Notes: generated by a model from the letters alone, not told the origin. A stretch of DNA of 64,000 nucleotides from the human T2T-CHM13v2.0 reference genome, Homo sapiens (GCF_009914755.1 NC_060933.1); one strand, 5' to 3'. Counted from the first letter of the stretch, positions 43,572 through 59,150 are shown. Numbers and translations: made by a program.

Positions 43572-45899
43572 GATTCCATTCCATTGCATTCCATTCCATT
43601 CCATTCCCCTGTACTCGGGTTGATTCCATTCCATTCCATTCCAATCCATGCCTTTCCACTCGTGTTGATTCCATTCTTTCCATTCCATTCAAGTTGAATC
43701 CATTCCATTGCATTGAATTCCATTCGATTCCATTTGATTGCACTCGGGTTGATTCCATTCCATTGCATTCCATTTCATTCCATTCCATTCCATTCCATTC
43801 CATTCCATTCCGTTCCATTCCATTCCATTACATTCGGATTGATTCTATTCAATTCCCTTACACTCCATTACATTCGATTCGGGTAGTTTCCATTGCATTC
43901 CATTCCATTCCTCTCCATTCCATTGCACTCGGGTTGATTCCATTCCATTGCATTCCATTCCATTCCATTCCCCTGCACTCGCGTTGATTCCATTCCATTC
44001 CATTCCATTCCATTCCATTCCGTTCCGTTCCGTTCCATTCCATTCCATTCCATTCCATTCCATTCCTTTCCGTTCCGTTCCATTCCCTTCCATTCTATTC
44101 TATTCGGGTTAATTCCATTTAATTCCATTCGATTGCAATCGAGTTGATTCCATTCCATTCCATTCCATTCCATTCCATTCCATTCTATTCCATTCCATTC
44201 CATTCCTTTCCATTCCATTACGGATGATTCCATTCCATTGCATTCCATTCCATTCCATTCCCCTGTACTCGGGTTGATTCCATTCCATTCCATTCCAATC
44301 CATGCCATTCCACTCGTGTTGATTCCATTCTTTCCATTCCATTCAAGTTGAATCCATTCCATTCTATTCCATTCCATTCGATTCCATTCGATTGCACTCG
44401 GGTTGATTCCATTCCATTGCATTCCATTCCATTCCATTCCATTCCAATCCATTCCGTTCCATTCGATTCCATTACATTCGGATTGATTCTATTCAATTCC
44501 CTTACACTCCATTACATTCCATTCCATTCGGGTAGTTTCCATTCCATTCCATTCCATTCCTCTCCATTCCATTGCACTCGGGTTGATTCCATTCCATTGC
44601 ATTCCATTCCGTTCCATTCAATTCCATTCCGTTCCATTCCATTCCATTACATTCGGATTGATTCGATTCAACTCCCTTACTCTCCATTACATTCCATTCC
44701 ATTCGGGTTGTTCCATTCCATTAAATTCCATTCCACTCCATTCCATTGCACTCGGGTTGATTCCATTCCATTCCAGTCCATTCCATTCCATTCCATTCCA
44801 TTCCATTCCATTCCATTCCATTCCATTCCATTCCGGAAGATTCCATTCCATTGCATTCCATTCCATTCCATTCCCCTGCACTCGCGTTGATTCCATTCCA
44901 TTCCATTCCATTCCATTCCGTTCCGTTCCGTTCCATTCCATTCCATTCCATTCCATTCCATTCCATTCCATTCCGTTCCGTTCCGTTCCATTCCATTCCA
45001 TTCCATTCTATTCGGGTTAATTCCATTCCATTCCATTCGATTGCAATCGAGTTGATTCCATTCCATTCCATTCCATTCCATTCCATTCCATTCCATTCCT
45101 TTCCATTCCATTACGGATGATTCCATTCCATTGCATTCCATTCCATTCCATTCCCCTGCACTCGCGTTGATTCCATTGCATTCCATTCCATTCCATTCCG
45201 TTCCGTTCCGTTCCATTCCATTCCATGCCATTCAATTCCATTCCGTTCCATTCCATTCCATTCCATTCGGATTGATTCTATTCAACTCCCTTACTCTCCA
45301 TTACATTCCATTCCATTCGGGTTGTTCCATTCCATTCCATTCCATTCCACTCCATTCCATTGCACTCGGGTTGATTCCATTCCATTCCACTCCATTCCAT
45401 TCCATTCCATTCCGGAAGCTTCCATTCCATTGCATTCCATTCCATTCCATTCCCCTGCACTCGCGTTGATTCCATTCCATTCCATTCTATTCCATTCCAT
45501 TCCCTTTCTTTCCGTTCCATTCCATTCCATTCCATTCCATTCCATTCCATTCCATTCCGTTCCGTTCCATTCCATTGCATTCCATTCCATTCTATTCGGG
45601 TTAATTCCATTCCATTCCATTCGATTCCAATCGAGTTGATTCCATTCCATTCCATTCCATTCCATTCCATTCAATTCCATTCCTTTCCATTCCATTACGG
45701 ATGATTCCATTCCATTGCATTCCATTCCATTCCATTCCCCTGTACTCGGGTTGATTCCATTCCATTCCATTCCAATCCATGCGATTCCACTCGTGTTGAT
45801 TCCATTCTTTCCATTCCATTCAAGTTGAATCCATTCCATTGCATTCTTTTCCATTCGATTCCATTCGATTGCACTCGGGTTGATTCCATTCCATTGCAT

Positions 45900-48120
45900 T
45901 CCATTCCATTCCAATCCATTCCATTCCGTTGCATTCCATTCCATTACATTCGGATTGATTCTATTCAACTCCCTTACTCTCCATTCCATTCCATTCCATT
46001 CGGGTTGTTCCATTCCATTCCATTCCATTCCACTCCATTCCATTGCACTCGGGTTGATTCCATACCATTCCATTCCATTCCATTCCATTCCGGATGATTC
46101 CATTCAATTGCATTCCGTTCCATGATATTCCCCTGCACTCGCGTTGATTCCATTCCATTCCATTCCATTCCATTCCGTTTCATTCCATTCCATTACATTC
46201 GGATTGATTCTATTCAATTCCCTTACACTCCATTACATTCCATTCCATTTGGGTAGTTTCCATTCCATTCCATTCCATTCCTCTCCATTCCATTGAACTC
46301 GGGTTGATTCCATTCCATTGCATTCCATTCCATTCCATTCCATTCCGTTCCATTCCATTCCATTACATTCGGATTGATTCTATTCAACTCCCTTACTCTC
46401 CATTACATTCCATTCCATTCGGGTTGTTCCATTCCATTCCATTCCATTCCACTCCATTCCATTGCACTCGGGTTTATTCCATTCCATTCCATTCCATTCC
46501 ATTCCATTCCGTTTGATTCCGGAAGATTCTATTCCATTGCATTCCATTCCATTCCATTCCCCTGCACTCGCTTTGATTCCATTCCATTCCATTCCATTCC
46601 ATTTCATTCCATTCCTTTCCGTTCCATTCCATTCCATTCCATTCCATTCCGTTCCGTTCCGTTCCATTCCATTCCATTCCATTCTATTCGGGTTAATTCC
46701 ATTCCATTCCATTCGATTGCAATCGATTTGATTCCATTCCATTCCATTCCATTCCATTCCATTCCATTCCTTTCCATTCTATTACGGATGATTCCATTCC
46801 ACTGCATTCCATTCCATTCCATTCCCCTGTACTCGGGATGATTCCATTCCATTCCATTCCAATCCATGCCATTCCACTCGTGTTGATTCCATTCTTTCCA
46901 TTCCATTCAAGTTGAATCCATTCCATTGCATTCCATTCCATTCCATTCCCCTGCAGTCGGGTTGTTTCCATTCCATTCCATTCCATTCCATTCCATTCCA
47001 TTCCGTTCCGTTCCATTCCATTCCATTCCATTCTATTCGGGTTAATTCCATTCCATTCCATTCCATTCCATTCCATTCCATTCCAATCGAGTTGATTCCA
47101 TTCCATTCCATTCCATTCCATTCCACTCCATTCCAGTCCTTTCCATTCCATTCCACTCGGGTTGATTCCAATGTATTCCTTTCCATTCCATTCCATTCCA
47201 TTGCAATCGAGTTGATTCCATTGCTTTGCATTCCATTCCATTCCATTCCATTCCGGATGATTCCATTCCATTGCATTCCATTCCATTCCATTCCATTCCA
47301 TTCCATTGTATTCGGGTTAATTCCATTCCATTCCATTCCATTCTATTCCATTCCATTACAATCGAGTTGATCCCATTCCATTCCATTCCATTCCAGTCCT
47401 TTCCATTCTATTCCACTCGGGTTGATTCCATTCTATTAGTTTCCATTCCATTCCATTCCCTTCCATTCCACTCTGGTTGATTCCATTCCTTTCCATTCCA
47501 CTCGAATACATTCCCTTCTATTCCACTCGGAACGATTCCATTCCATTCCATTCCATTCCATTCCATTCCATTCCATTCCATTTCGTTCCATTCCATTCTA
47601 TTCCGTATCATTCCATTCCATTCCATTCCATTTCATTCCATTCCATTCCATTCCATTCCATTGTACTCGGGTTGATTCAATTCCATTGCATTCCATTCCA
47701 TTCCATTCCATTCCATTCCGTTGCATTCCATTCCATTACATTCGGATTGATTCTATTCAACTCCCTTACTCTCCATTCCATTCCATTCCATTCGGGTTGT
47801 TCCATTCCATTCCATTCCATTCCACTCCATTCCATTGCACTCGGGTTGATTCCATACCATTCCATTCCATTCCATTCCATTCCGGATGATTCCATTCAAT
47901 TGCATTCCGTTCCATGACATTCCCCTGCACTCGCGTTGATTCCATTCCATTCCATTCCATTCCATTCCGTTCCATTCCATTCCATTACATTCGGATTGAT
48001 TCTTTTCAATTCCCTTACACTCCATTACATTCCATTCCATTCGGGTAGTTTCCATTCCATTCCATTCCATTCCTCTCCATTCCATTGCACTCGGGTTGAT
48101 TCCATTCCATTGCATTCCAT
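45900..48120 (+). repeat. 1792-bp-offset partial duplication (~45900-46330 vs ~47690-48120)
   Basis: Private variants gattccataccattcc, cattcaattgcattccgttccatga(t/c)attcccc at 46101/47893. ORF 45974..46183 matches 47766..47975. Confidence 0.8.
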
Positions 48121-51100
48121 TCCATTCCATTCAATTCCATTCCGTTCCATTCCATTCCATTACATTCGGATTGACTCTATTCAACTCCCTTACTCTCCAT
48201 TACATTCCATTCCATTCGGGTTGTTCCATTCCATTCCATTCCATTCCAATCCATTCCATTGCACTCGGGTTGATTCCATTCCATTCCATTCCATTCCATT
48301 CCATTCCATTCCATTCCGGAAGATTCCATTCCATTGCATTCCATTCCATTCCATTCCCCTGCACTCGCGTTTATTCCATTCCATTCCATTCTATTCCATT
48401 CCATTCCCTTCCTTTCCGTTCCTTTCCATTCCATTCCATTCCATTCCATTCCATTCCGTTCCGTTCCATTCCATTCCATTCCATTCTATTCGGGTTAATT
48501 CCATTCCATTCCATTCCATTGCAATCGAGTTGATTCCATTCCATTCCATTCCATTCCATTCCATTCCTTTCCATTCCATTACGGATGATTCCATTCCATT
48601 GCATTCCATTCCATTCCATTCCCCTGTACTCGGGTTGATTCCATTCCATTCCATTCCAATCCATGCCATTCCACTCGTGTTGATTCAGTTCTTTCCATTC
48701 CATTCAAGTTGAATCCATTCCATTGCATTCCATTTCATTCGATTCCATTCGATTGCACTCGGGTTGATTCCATTCCATTGCATTCCATTCCATTCTATTC
48801 CATTCCATTCCATTCCGTTCCATTCCATTCCATTACATTCGGATTGATTCTATTCAATTCCGTTACACTCCATTACATTCCATTCCATTCGGGTAGTTTC
48901 CATTCCATTCCATTCCATTCCTCTCCATTCCAAGGAACTCGGGTTGATTCCATTCCATTGCATTCCATTCCATTCCATTCAATTCCATTCCGTTCCATTC
49001 CATTCCATTACATTCGGATTGATTCTATTCAACTCCCTTACTCTCCATTACATTCCATTCCATTCGGGTTGTTCCATTCCATTCCATTCCATTCCACTCC
49101 ATTCCATTGCACTCGGTTTTATTCCATTCCATTCCATTCCATTCCATTCCATTCCGGAAGATTCCATTCCATTGCATTCCGTTCCATTCCATTCCCCTGC
49201 ACTTGCGTTGATTCCATTCCATTCCATTCCATTCCATTCCATTCCATTCCATTCCTTTCCGTTCCATTCCATTCCATTCCATTCCATTCCAATCCATTCC
49301 ATTCCGTTCCGTACCGTTCCATTCCATTCCATTCCATTCTATTCGGGTTAATTCCATTCCATTCCGTTCGATTGCAATCGAGTTGATTCCATTCCATTCC
49401 ATTCCATTCCATTCCATTCCTTTCCATTCCATTACGAATGATTCCATTCCATTGCATTCCATTCCATTCCATTCCCCTGTACTCGGGTTGATTCCATTCC
49501 ATTCCATTCCAATCCATGCCATTCCACTCGTGTTGATTCCATTCTTTCCATCCCATTCAAGTTGAATCCATTCCATTGCATTCCATTCCATTCCATTCCC
49601 CTGCAGTCGGGTTGTTTCCATTCCATTCCATTCCATTCCATTCCATTCCATTCCATTCCATTCCGTTCCATTCCATTCCGTTCCGTTCCATTCCATTCCA
49701 TTCCATTCTATTCGGGTTAATTCCATTCCATTCCATTCCATTCCATTCCATTCCATTCCATTCCAATCGAGTTGATTCCATTCCATTCCATTCCATTCCA
49801 TTCCACTCCATTCCAGTCCTTTCCAATCCATTCCACTCGGGTTGATTCCAATGTATTCCTTTCCATTCCATTCCATTCCATTGCAATCGAGTTGATTCCA
49901 TTGCTTTGCATTCCATTCCATTCCATTCCATTCCAGATGATTCCATTACATTGCATTCCATTCCATTCCATTCCCCTGCACTCGGGTTGATTCCATTCCA
50001 TTCCACTCCATTCCGTTCCATTCCATTCCATTCCATTGTATTCGGGTTAATTCCATTCCATTCCATTCCATTCCATTCCATTCCATTCCATTCCATTACA
50101 ATCGAGTTGATTCCATTCCATTCCATTCCATTCCAGTCCTTTCCATTCCATTCCACTCGGGTTGATTCCATTCTATTAGTTTCCATTCCATTCCATTCCC
50201 TTCCATTCCACTCTGGTTGATTCCATTCCTTTCCATTCCACTCGAATACATTCCCTCCTATTCCCCTCGGAACGATTCCATTCCATTCCATTCCATTCCA
50301 TTCCATTCCATGCCATTTCGTTCCATTCCATTCCATTCCGTATCATTCCATTCCATTCCATTCCATTCCATTCCATTCCATTCCATTCCATTCCATTCCA
50401 TTCCATTGTACTCAGGTTGATTCCATTCCATTGCATTCAATTCCATTCCATTCCATTCCATTCCGTTGCATTCCATTCCATTACATTCGGATTGATTCTA
50501 TTCAACTCCCTTACTCTCCATTTCATTCCATTCCATTCGGGTTGTTCCATTCATTCCATTCCATTCCACTCCATTCCATTGCACTCGGGTTGATTCCATT
50601 CCATTCCATTCCATTCCATTCCATTACGGATGATTCCATTCCATTGCATTCCGTTCCATTACATTCCCCTGCACTCGCGTTGATTCCATTCCATTCCATT
50701 CCATTCCATTCCATTCAATTCCATTCCATTACAATTCGTTCCATTCCATTCTATTCCGTAGCATTCCGTTTCATTCCATACCATTCCATTCCATTCCATT
50801 CCATTCCATTCCATTCCATTCCGTTCCATTCTGTTCCATTCCATTCCATTCCATTCTATTCCGATTAATTCCATTCCATTCCTTTCCATTCCATTCTATT
50901 CCATTCCATTGCAATCGAGTTGAATCCATTGCATTCCATTCCATTCCATTCCATTCCGGAAGATTCCATTCCATTGCATTCCATTACATTCCATTCCCCT
51001 GCACTCGCGTTGATTCCATTCCATTCCATTCCATTCCATTCCATTCCGTTCCGTTCCATTCCATTCCATTCCATTCCATTCCATTCCATTACGTTCCGTT

Positions 51101-54100
51101 CCATTCCATTCCATTCCAGTCTATTCGGGTTAATTCCATTCCATTCCATTCGATTGCAATCGTGTTGATTCCATTCCATTCCATTCCATTCCATTCCATT
51201 CCATTCCATTCCTTTCCATTCCATTACGGATGATTCCATTCCATTGCATTCCATTCCATTCCATTCCCCTGTACTCGGGTTGATTCCATTCCATTGCATT
51301 CCAATCCATGCCCTTCCACTCGTGTTGATTCCATTCTTTCCATTCCATTCAAATTGAATCCATTCCATTGCATTCCATTCCATTCGATTCCATTCGATTG
51401 CACTCGGGTTGATTCCATTCCATTGCATCCCATTCCTTTCCATTCAATTCCATTCCGTTCCATTCCATTCCATTACATTCGGATTGATTCTATTCAACTC
51501 CCTTTGTCTCCATTAAATTCCATTCCATTCGGGTTGTTCCATTCCATTCCATTCCATTCCACTCCATTCCATTGCACTCGGGTTTATTCCATTCCATTCC
51601 ATTCCATTCCACTCAATTCCATTCCATTCCGGAAGATTGCATTCCATTGCATTCCATTCCATTCCATTCCCCTGCACTCGCCTTGATTCCATTCCATTCC
51701 ATTCCATTCCATTCCATTCCATTCCATTCCATTCCATTCCTTTCCGTTCCATTCCATTCCATTCCATTCCATTCCGTTGCGTTCCATTCCATTCCATTAC
51801 ATTCGGATTGATTCTATTCAATTCCCTTACACTCCATTACATTCCATTCCATTCGGGTAGTTTCCATTGCATTCCATTCCATTCCTCTCCATTCCATTGC
51901 ACTCGGGTTGATTCCATTCCATTGCATTCCATTCCATTCCATTCCATTCAATTCCATTCCGTTCCATTCCATTCCATTGTACTCGGGTTGATTCCATTCC
52001 ATTGCATTCCATTCCATTCCATTCCATTCCATTCCGTTGCATTCCATTCCATTACATTCGGATTGATTCTATTCAACTCCCTTACTCTCCATTACATTAC
52101 ATTCCATTCGGGTTGCTCCATTCCATTCCATTCCATTCCACTCCATTCCATTGCACTCTGGTTGATTCCATTCCATTCCATTCCATTCCATTCCATTCCA
52201 TTCCATTCCGGATGATTCCATTCCATTGCATTCCGTTCCATTACATTCCCCTGCACTCGCGTTGATTCCATTCCATTCCATTCCATTCCATTCAATTCCA
52301 TTCCATTACAATTCGTTCCATTCCATTCTATTCCGTACCATTCCATTCCATTCCATACCATTCCATTCCATTCCATTCCATTCCATTCCATTCCTTTCCG
52401 TTCCATTCTGTTCCATTCCATTCCATTCCATTCTATTCGGGTTAATTCCATTCCATTCCATTCCTTTCCATTCCATTACGGATGATTCCATTCCATTGCA
52501 TTCCATTCCATTCCATTCCCCTCTACTCGGGTTGATTCCATTCCATTCCATTCCAATCCATGCCATTCCACTCGTGTTGATTCCATTCTTTCCATTCCAT
52601 TCAAGTTGAATGTATTCCATTGCATTCCATTCCATTCCATTCCCCTGCAGTCGGGTTGATTCCATTCCATTCCATTCCATTCCATTCCATTCCATTCCAT
52701 TCCATTCTGTTCCGTTCCGTTCCATTCCGTTCCATTCCATTCTATTCGGGTTAATTCCATTCCATTCCATTCCATTCCATTCCATTCCAATCGAGTTGAT
52801 TCCATTCCATTCCATTCCATTCCATTCCATTCCATTCCATTCCAGTCCTTTCCATTCCATTCCACTCGGGTTGATTCCAATGTATTCCTTTCCATTCCAT
52901 TCCATTCCATTGCAATCGAGTTGATTCCATTGCTTTGCATTCCATTCCATTCCATTCCATTCCGGATGATTGCATTCCATTGCATTCCATTCCATTCCAT
53001 TCCCCTGCACTCGGGTTGATTCCATTCCATTCCACTCCATTCCGTTCCATTCCATTCCATTCCATTGTATTCGGGTTAATTCCATTCCATTCCATTCCAT
53101 TCCATTCCATTCCATTCCATTCCATTACAATCGAGTTGATTCCATTCCATTCCATTCCATTCCATTCCAGTCCTTTCCATTCCATTCCATTCCATTCTAT
53201 TCGGTTTAATTCCATTCCATTCCATTCCATTCCATTCCATTCTATTCCATTCCATTCCCTTCCTTTCCTTTCCGTTCCGTTCCATTCCATTCCATTTCAC
53301 TCTATTCGGTTTAATTCCATTCCATTCCATTCCATTCCATTCTAATCCATTCCATGGCAATCGAGTTGAATGCATTGCATTGCATTCCATTCCATTCCAT
53401 TCCATTCCATTCCATTCCGGAAGATTCCATTCCATTGCATTCCATTCCATTCCATTCCATTCCATTCCATTCCATTCCATTCCATTCCATTCCATTCCAT
53501 TGTACTCGTGTTGCTTCCATTACATTGCATTCCATTCCATTCCATTCCATTCCATTCCGTTCCATTCCATTCCATTACATTCGGATTGATTCTTTTCAAC
53601 TCCCTTAATCTCCATTACATTCCATTCCATTCGGGTTGTTCCATTCCATTCCATTCCATTCCACTCCATTCCATTGCACTCGGGTTGATTCCATTCCATT
53701 CCATTCCTTTCCATTCCGGATGATTCCATTACATTGCATTCCGTTTCATTACATTCCCCTGCACTCGGGTTGATTCCATTCCATTCCATTCCATTCCATT
53801 CGATTCCATTCCATTCCCCTGCACTCGCGTTGATTCCATTCCATTCCATTCCATTCCATTCCATTCCATTCCATTCAATTCCATTCCATTCCAGTCCTTT
53901 CCATTCCATTCCTCTCTGGTTGATTCCATTCTATTAGATTCCATTCCATTCCGTTCCCTTCCATTCCACTCTGGTTGATTCCATTCCTTTCCATTCCACT
54001 CGAATTCATTCCCTCCTATTCCACTCGGAACGATTCCATTCCATTCCATTCCATTCTATTCCATTCCATTCCATTCCATTCCATTCCTTTCCATTCCAGT

Positions 54101-57100
54101 CCTTTCCATTCCATTCCACTCGGGTTGATTCCATTCTATTAGTTTCCATTCCATTCCATTCCCTTCCATTCCACTCTGGTTGATTCCATTCCATTCCATT
54201 CCATTCCATTCCATTCCATTCCATTCCATTTTGTTCCATTCCATTCTATTCCGTATCATTCCATTCCATTCCATTCCATTCCATTCCATTCCATTCCATT
54301 CCACTCGTGTTGATTCCTTTCCTTTCCATTCCATTCGGTTTGAAGGCATTCCATTCCATTCCGTTCCATTCCATTCCATTCCATTCCATTCCATTTCATT
54401 GTACTCGGGTTGATTCCATTCCATTGCATTCCATTCCATTACATTCCATTCCATTCCGTTGCATTCCATTCCATTACATTCAGATAGATTCTATTCAACT
54501 CCCTTACTCTCCATTACATTCCATTCCATTCGGGTTGTTCCATTCCATTCCATTCCATTCCACTCCATTCCATTGCTCTCGGGTTGATTCCATTCCATTC
54601 CATTCCATTCCATTCCATTACGGATGATTCCATTCCATTGCATTCCGTTCCATTACATTCCCCTAAACTCGCGTTGATTCCATTCCATTCCATTCCATTC
54701 CATTCAATTCCGTTCCATAACAATTCGTTCCATTCCATTCTATTCCATACCATTCCATTCCATTCCATACCATTCCATTGCATTCCATTCCATTCCATTC
54801 CGTTCCATTCCGTTCCATTCCATTCCATTCCATTCTATTCGGGTTAATTCCATTCCATTCCATTCCATTCCATTCCATTCCATTCTATTCCATTCCATTG
54901 CAATCGAGTTGAATCCATTGCATTTCATTCCATAACATTCCGTTCCGGAAGATTCCATTCCATTGCATTCCATTCCATTCCATTCCCCTGCACTCGCGTT
55001 GATTCCATTCCATTCCATTCCATTCCATTCCATTCCATTCCGTTCCGTTCCGTTCCATTCCATTCCATTCCATTCCATTCCATTCCGTTCCATTCCATTC
55101 CATTCCATTCCATTCTATTCGGGTTAATTCCATTCCATTCCATTCGATTGCAATCGAGTTGATTCCATTCCATTCCATTCCATTCCTTTCCATTCCATTC
55201 CTTTCCATTCCATTACGGATGATTCCATTCCATTGCATTCCATTCCATTCCATTCCCCTGTACTCGGCTTGATTCCATTCCATTCTATTCCAATCCATGC
55301 CATTCCACTCGTGTTGATTCCATTCTTTCCATTCCATTCAAGTTGAATCCATTCCATTGCATTCCATTCCATTCGATTCCATTCGATTGCACTCGGGTTG
55401 ATTCCATTCCATTGCATTCCATTCCATTCCATTCCATTCCATTCCATTCCATTCCCTTCCATTCCATTCCATTACATTCGGATTGATTCTTTTCAACTCC
55501 CTTACTCTCCATTCCATTCCATTCCATTCGGGTTGTTCCATTCCATTCCATTCCATTCCACTCCATTCCATTGCACTCGGGTTTATTCCATTCCATTCCA
55601 TTCCATTCCATTCCATTCCATTCCATTCCGGAAGTTTCCATTCCATTGCATTCCATTCCATTCCATTCCCCTGCACTCGCGTTGATTCCATTCCATTCCA
55701 TTCCATTCCATTCCATTCCATTCCATTCCATCCCTTTCCGATCCATTCCATTCCATTCCATTCCATTCCAATCCATTCCATTCCGTTCCGTTCCATTCCA
55801 TTCCAATCCATTCCATTCTATTCAGTTTAATTCCATTCCATTCCATTCGATTGCAATCGGGTTGATTCCATTCCATTCCATTCCATTCCATTCCATTATA
55901 TTCCTTTCCATTCCATTACGGATTATTCCATTCCATTGCATTCCATTCCATTCCATTCCCCTGTACTCGGGATGATTCTATTCCATTCCATTCCAATCCA
56001 TGCCATTCCACTCGTGTTGATTCCATTCTTTCCATTCCATTCAAGTTGAATCCATTCCATTGCATTCCATTCCATTCCATTCCCCTGCAGTCGGGTTGAT
56101 TCCATTCCATTCCATTCCATTCCATTCCATTCCATTCCATTCCATTCCTTTCCGTTACATTCCATTCCAATCCATTCTCTTCGTGTTAATTCGATTCCAT
56201 TCCATTACATTCCATTCCATTCCATTCCACTCGGGTTGATTCCAATGTATTCCTTTCCATTCCATTCCATTCCATTGCAATCGAGTTGATTCCATTGCTT
56301 TGCATTCCATTCCATTCCATTCCATTCCGGATGATTCCATTCCGTTGCATTCCATACCATTCTAATCCCCTGCACTCGGGTTGATTCCATTCCATTCCAC
56401 TCCATTCCGTTCCATTCCATTCCATTCCATTGTATTCGGGTTAATTCCATTCCATTCCATTCCATTCCATTCCATTCCATTCCATTACAGTCGAGTTGAT
56501 TCCATTCCATTCCATTCCATTCCAGTCCTTTCCATTCCATTCCACTCGGGTTGATTCCATTCTATTAGTTTCCATTCCATTCCATTCCCTTCCATTCCAA
56601 TCTGGTTGATTCCATTCCTTTCCATTCCACTCGAATACATTCCCTCCTATTCCACTCGGAACGATTCCATTCCATTCCATTCCAATCCATTCCATTCCAT
56701 TCCATTCCATTTCGTTCCATTCCATTCTATTCCGTATCATTCCATTCCATTCCATTCCATTCCATTCCATTCCATTCCATTCCATTCCATTGTACTCGGG
56801 TTGATTCCATTCCATTGCATTCCATTCCATTCCATTCCATTCCATTCCGTTGCATTCCATTCCATTACATTCGGATTCATTCTATTCAACTCCCTTAATC
56901 TCCACTACATTCCATTCCATTCGGGTTGTTCCATTCCATTCCATTCCATTCCATTCCATTCCATTTCACTCGGGTTGATTCCATTCCATTCCATTCCTTT
57001 CCATTCCATTCCATTCCGGATGATTCCATTCCATTGCATTCCGTTCCATTACATTCCCCTGCTCTCGCGTTGATTCCATTCCATTCCATTCCATTCCATT

Positions 57101-57489
57101 CAATCCCATTCCATTACAGTTCGTTCCATTCCATTCTATTCCGTACCATTCCATTCCATTCCATACCATTCCATTCCATTCCATTCCATTCCATTCCATT
57201 CGGTTCCATTCCGTTCCATTCCATTCCATTCCATTCTATTCGGATTAATTCCATTCCATTCCATTCCATTCCATTCTATTCCATTCCATTGCAATCGAGT
57301 TGAATCCATTGCATTTAATTCCATTCCATTCAATTCCATTCCATTCCATTCCATTCCATTCCGGAAGATTCCATTCCATTGCATTCCATTCCATTCCATT
57401 CCCCTGCACTCGCTTTGATTCCATTCCATTCCATTCCATTCCATTCCATTCTGTTCCATTCCATTCCATTCCATTCCATTCCATTCCGT

Positions 57490-59150
57490 TCCATTCCATT
57501 CCATTCCATTCGGATTGATTCTTTTCATCTCCCTTACTCTCCATTACATTCCATTTCATTCGGGTTGTTCCATTCCATTCCATTCCATTCCACTCCATTC
57601 CATTGCACTCGGGTTGATTCCATTCCATTCCATTCCATTCCATTCCGGATGATTCCATTGCATTCCGTTCCATTACATTCCCCAGCACTCGCGTTGATTC
57701 CATTCCATTCCATTCCATTCCATTCCATTCCGTTCCGTTCCATTCCATTCCATTCCATTCTATTCGGGTTAATTCCATTCCATTCCATTCGATTGCAATC
57801 GAGTTGATTCCATTCCATTCCATTCCATTCCATTCCATTCCATTCCATTCCATTCCATTACTTTCCATTCCATTACGGATGATTCCATTCCATTGCATTC
57901 CATTGCATTCCATTCCCCTGTACTCGGGTTGATTCCATTCCATTCCATTCCATCCCATGCCATTCCACTCGTGTTGATTCCATTCTTTCCATTCCATTCA
58001 AGTTGAATCCATTCCATTGCATTCCATTCCATTCGATTCCATTCGATTGCAGTCGGGTTGATTCCATTCCATTGCATTCCATTGCATTCCATTCCATTCC
58101 ATTCCATTCCATTCCATTCCGGATGATTCCATTCCATTTCATTCCGTTCCATTACATACCCCTGCACTCGGGTTGATTCCATTCCATTCCATTCCATTCC
58201 ATTCGATTCCATTCCATTCCAATTCTTTCCATTCCATTTTATTCCGTACCATTGCATTCCATTCCATACAATTCCATTCCACTCCATTCCACTCTGTTCC
58301 GTTCCGTTCTGTTCCGTTCCGTTCCATTCCATTCCATTCCATTCTATTCGGTTTAATTCCATTCCATTACATTCCGTTCCATTGCAATCGAGTTGAATCC
58401 ATTGCATTCCATTCCATTCCATTCCATTCCATTCCATTCCGGAAGATTCCATTCCATTGCATTCCATTCCATTCCATTCCATTCCATTCCATTGTACTCG
58501 GGTTTATTCCATTCCATTGCATTCCATTCCATTCCATTCCGTTCCATTCCATTCCATTCCATTCGGATTGATTCTTTTCAACTCCCTTACTCTCCATTAC
58601 ATTCCATTTCATTCGGGTTGTTCCATTCCATTCCATTCCATTCCACTCCATTCCATTGCACTCGGGTTGATTCCATTCCATTCCATTCCATTCCATTCCG
58701 GATGATTCCATTGCATTCCGTTCCATTACATTCCCCTGCACTCGCGTTGATTCCATTCCATTCCATTCCATTCCATTCCTTTCCGTTCCATTCCATTCCA
58801 TTCCATTCCATTCCGTTCCGTTCCATTCCATTCCATTCCATTCTATTCGGGTTAATTCCATTCCATTCCATTCGATTGCAATCGAGTTGATTCCATTCCA
58901 TTCCATTCCATTCCATTCCATTCCATTCCAGTCCTTTCCATTCCAATACGGATGATTCCATTCCATTGCATTCCATTGCATTCCATTCCCCTGTACTCGG
59001 GTTGATTCCATTCCATTCCATTCCAATCCATGACATTCCACTCGTGTTGATTCCATTCTTTCCTTTCCATTCAAGTTGAATCCATTCCATTGCATTCCAT
59101 TCCATTCGATTCCATTCTATTGCACTCGGGTTGATTCCATTCCATTGCAT
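57490..59150 (+). repeat. 1053-bp-offset partial duplication (~57490-58090 vs ~58545-59150)
   Basis: Shared ccatttcattcgggttgttc and the pentamer-shortened ggatgattccattgcattccg (57647/58700), in the same module order. Confidence 0.8.
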
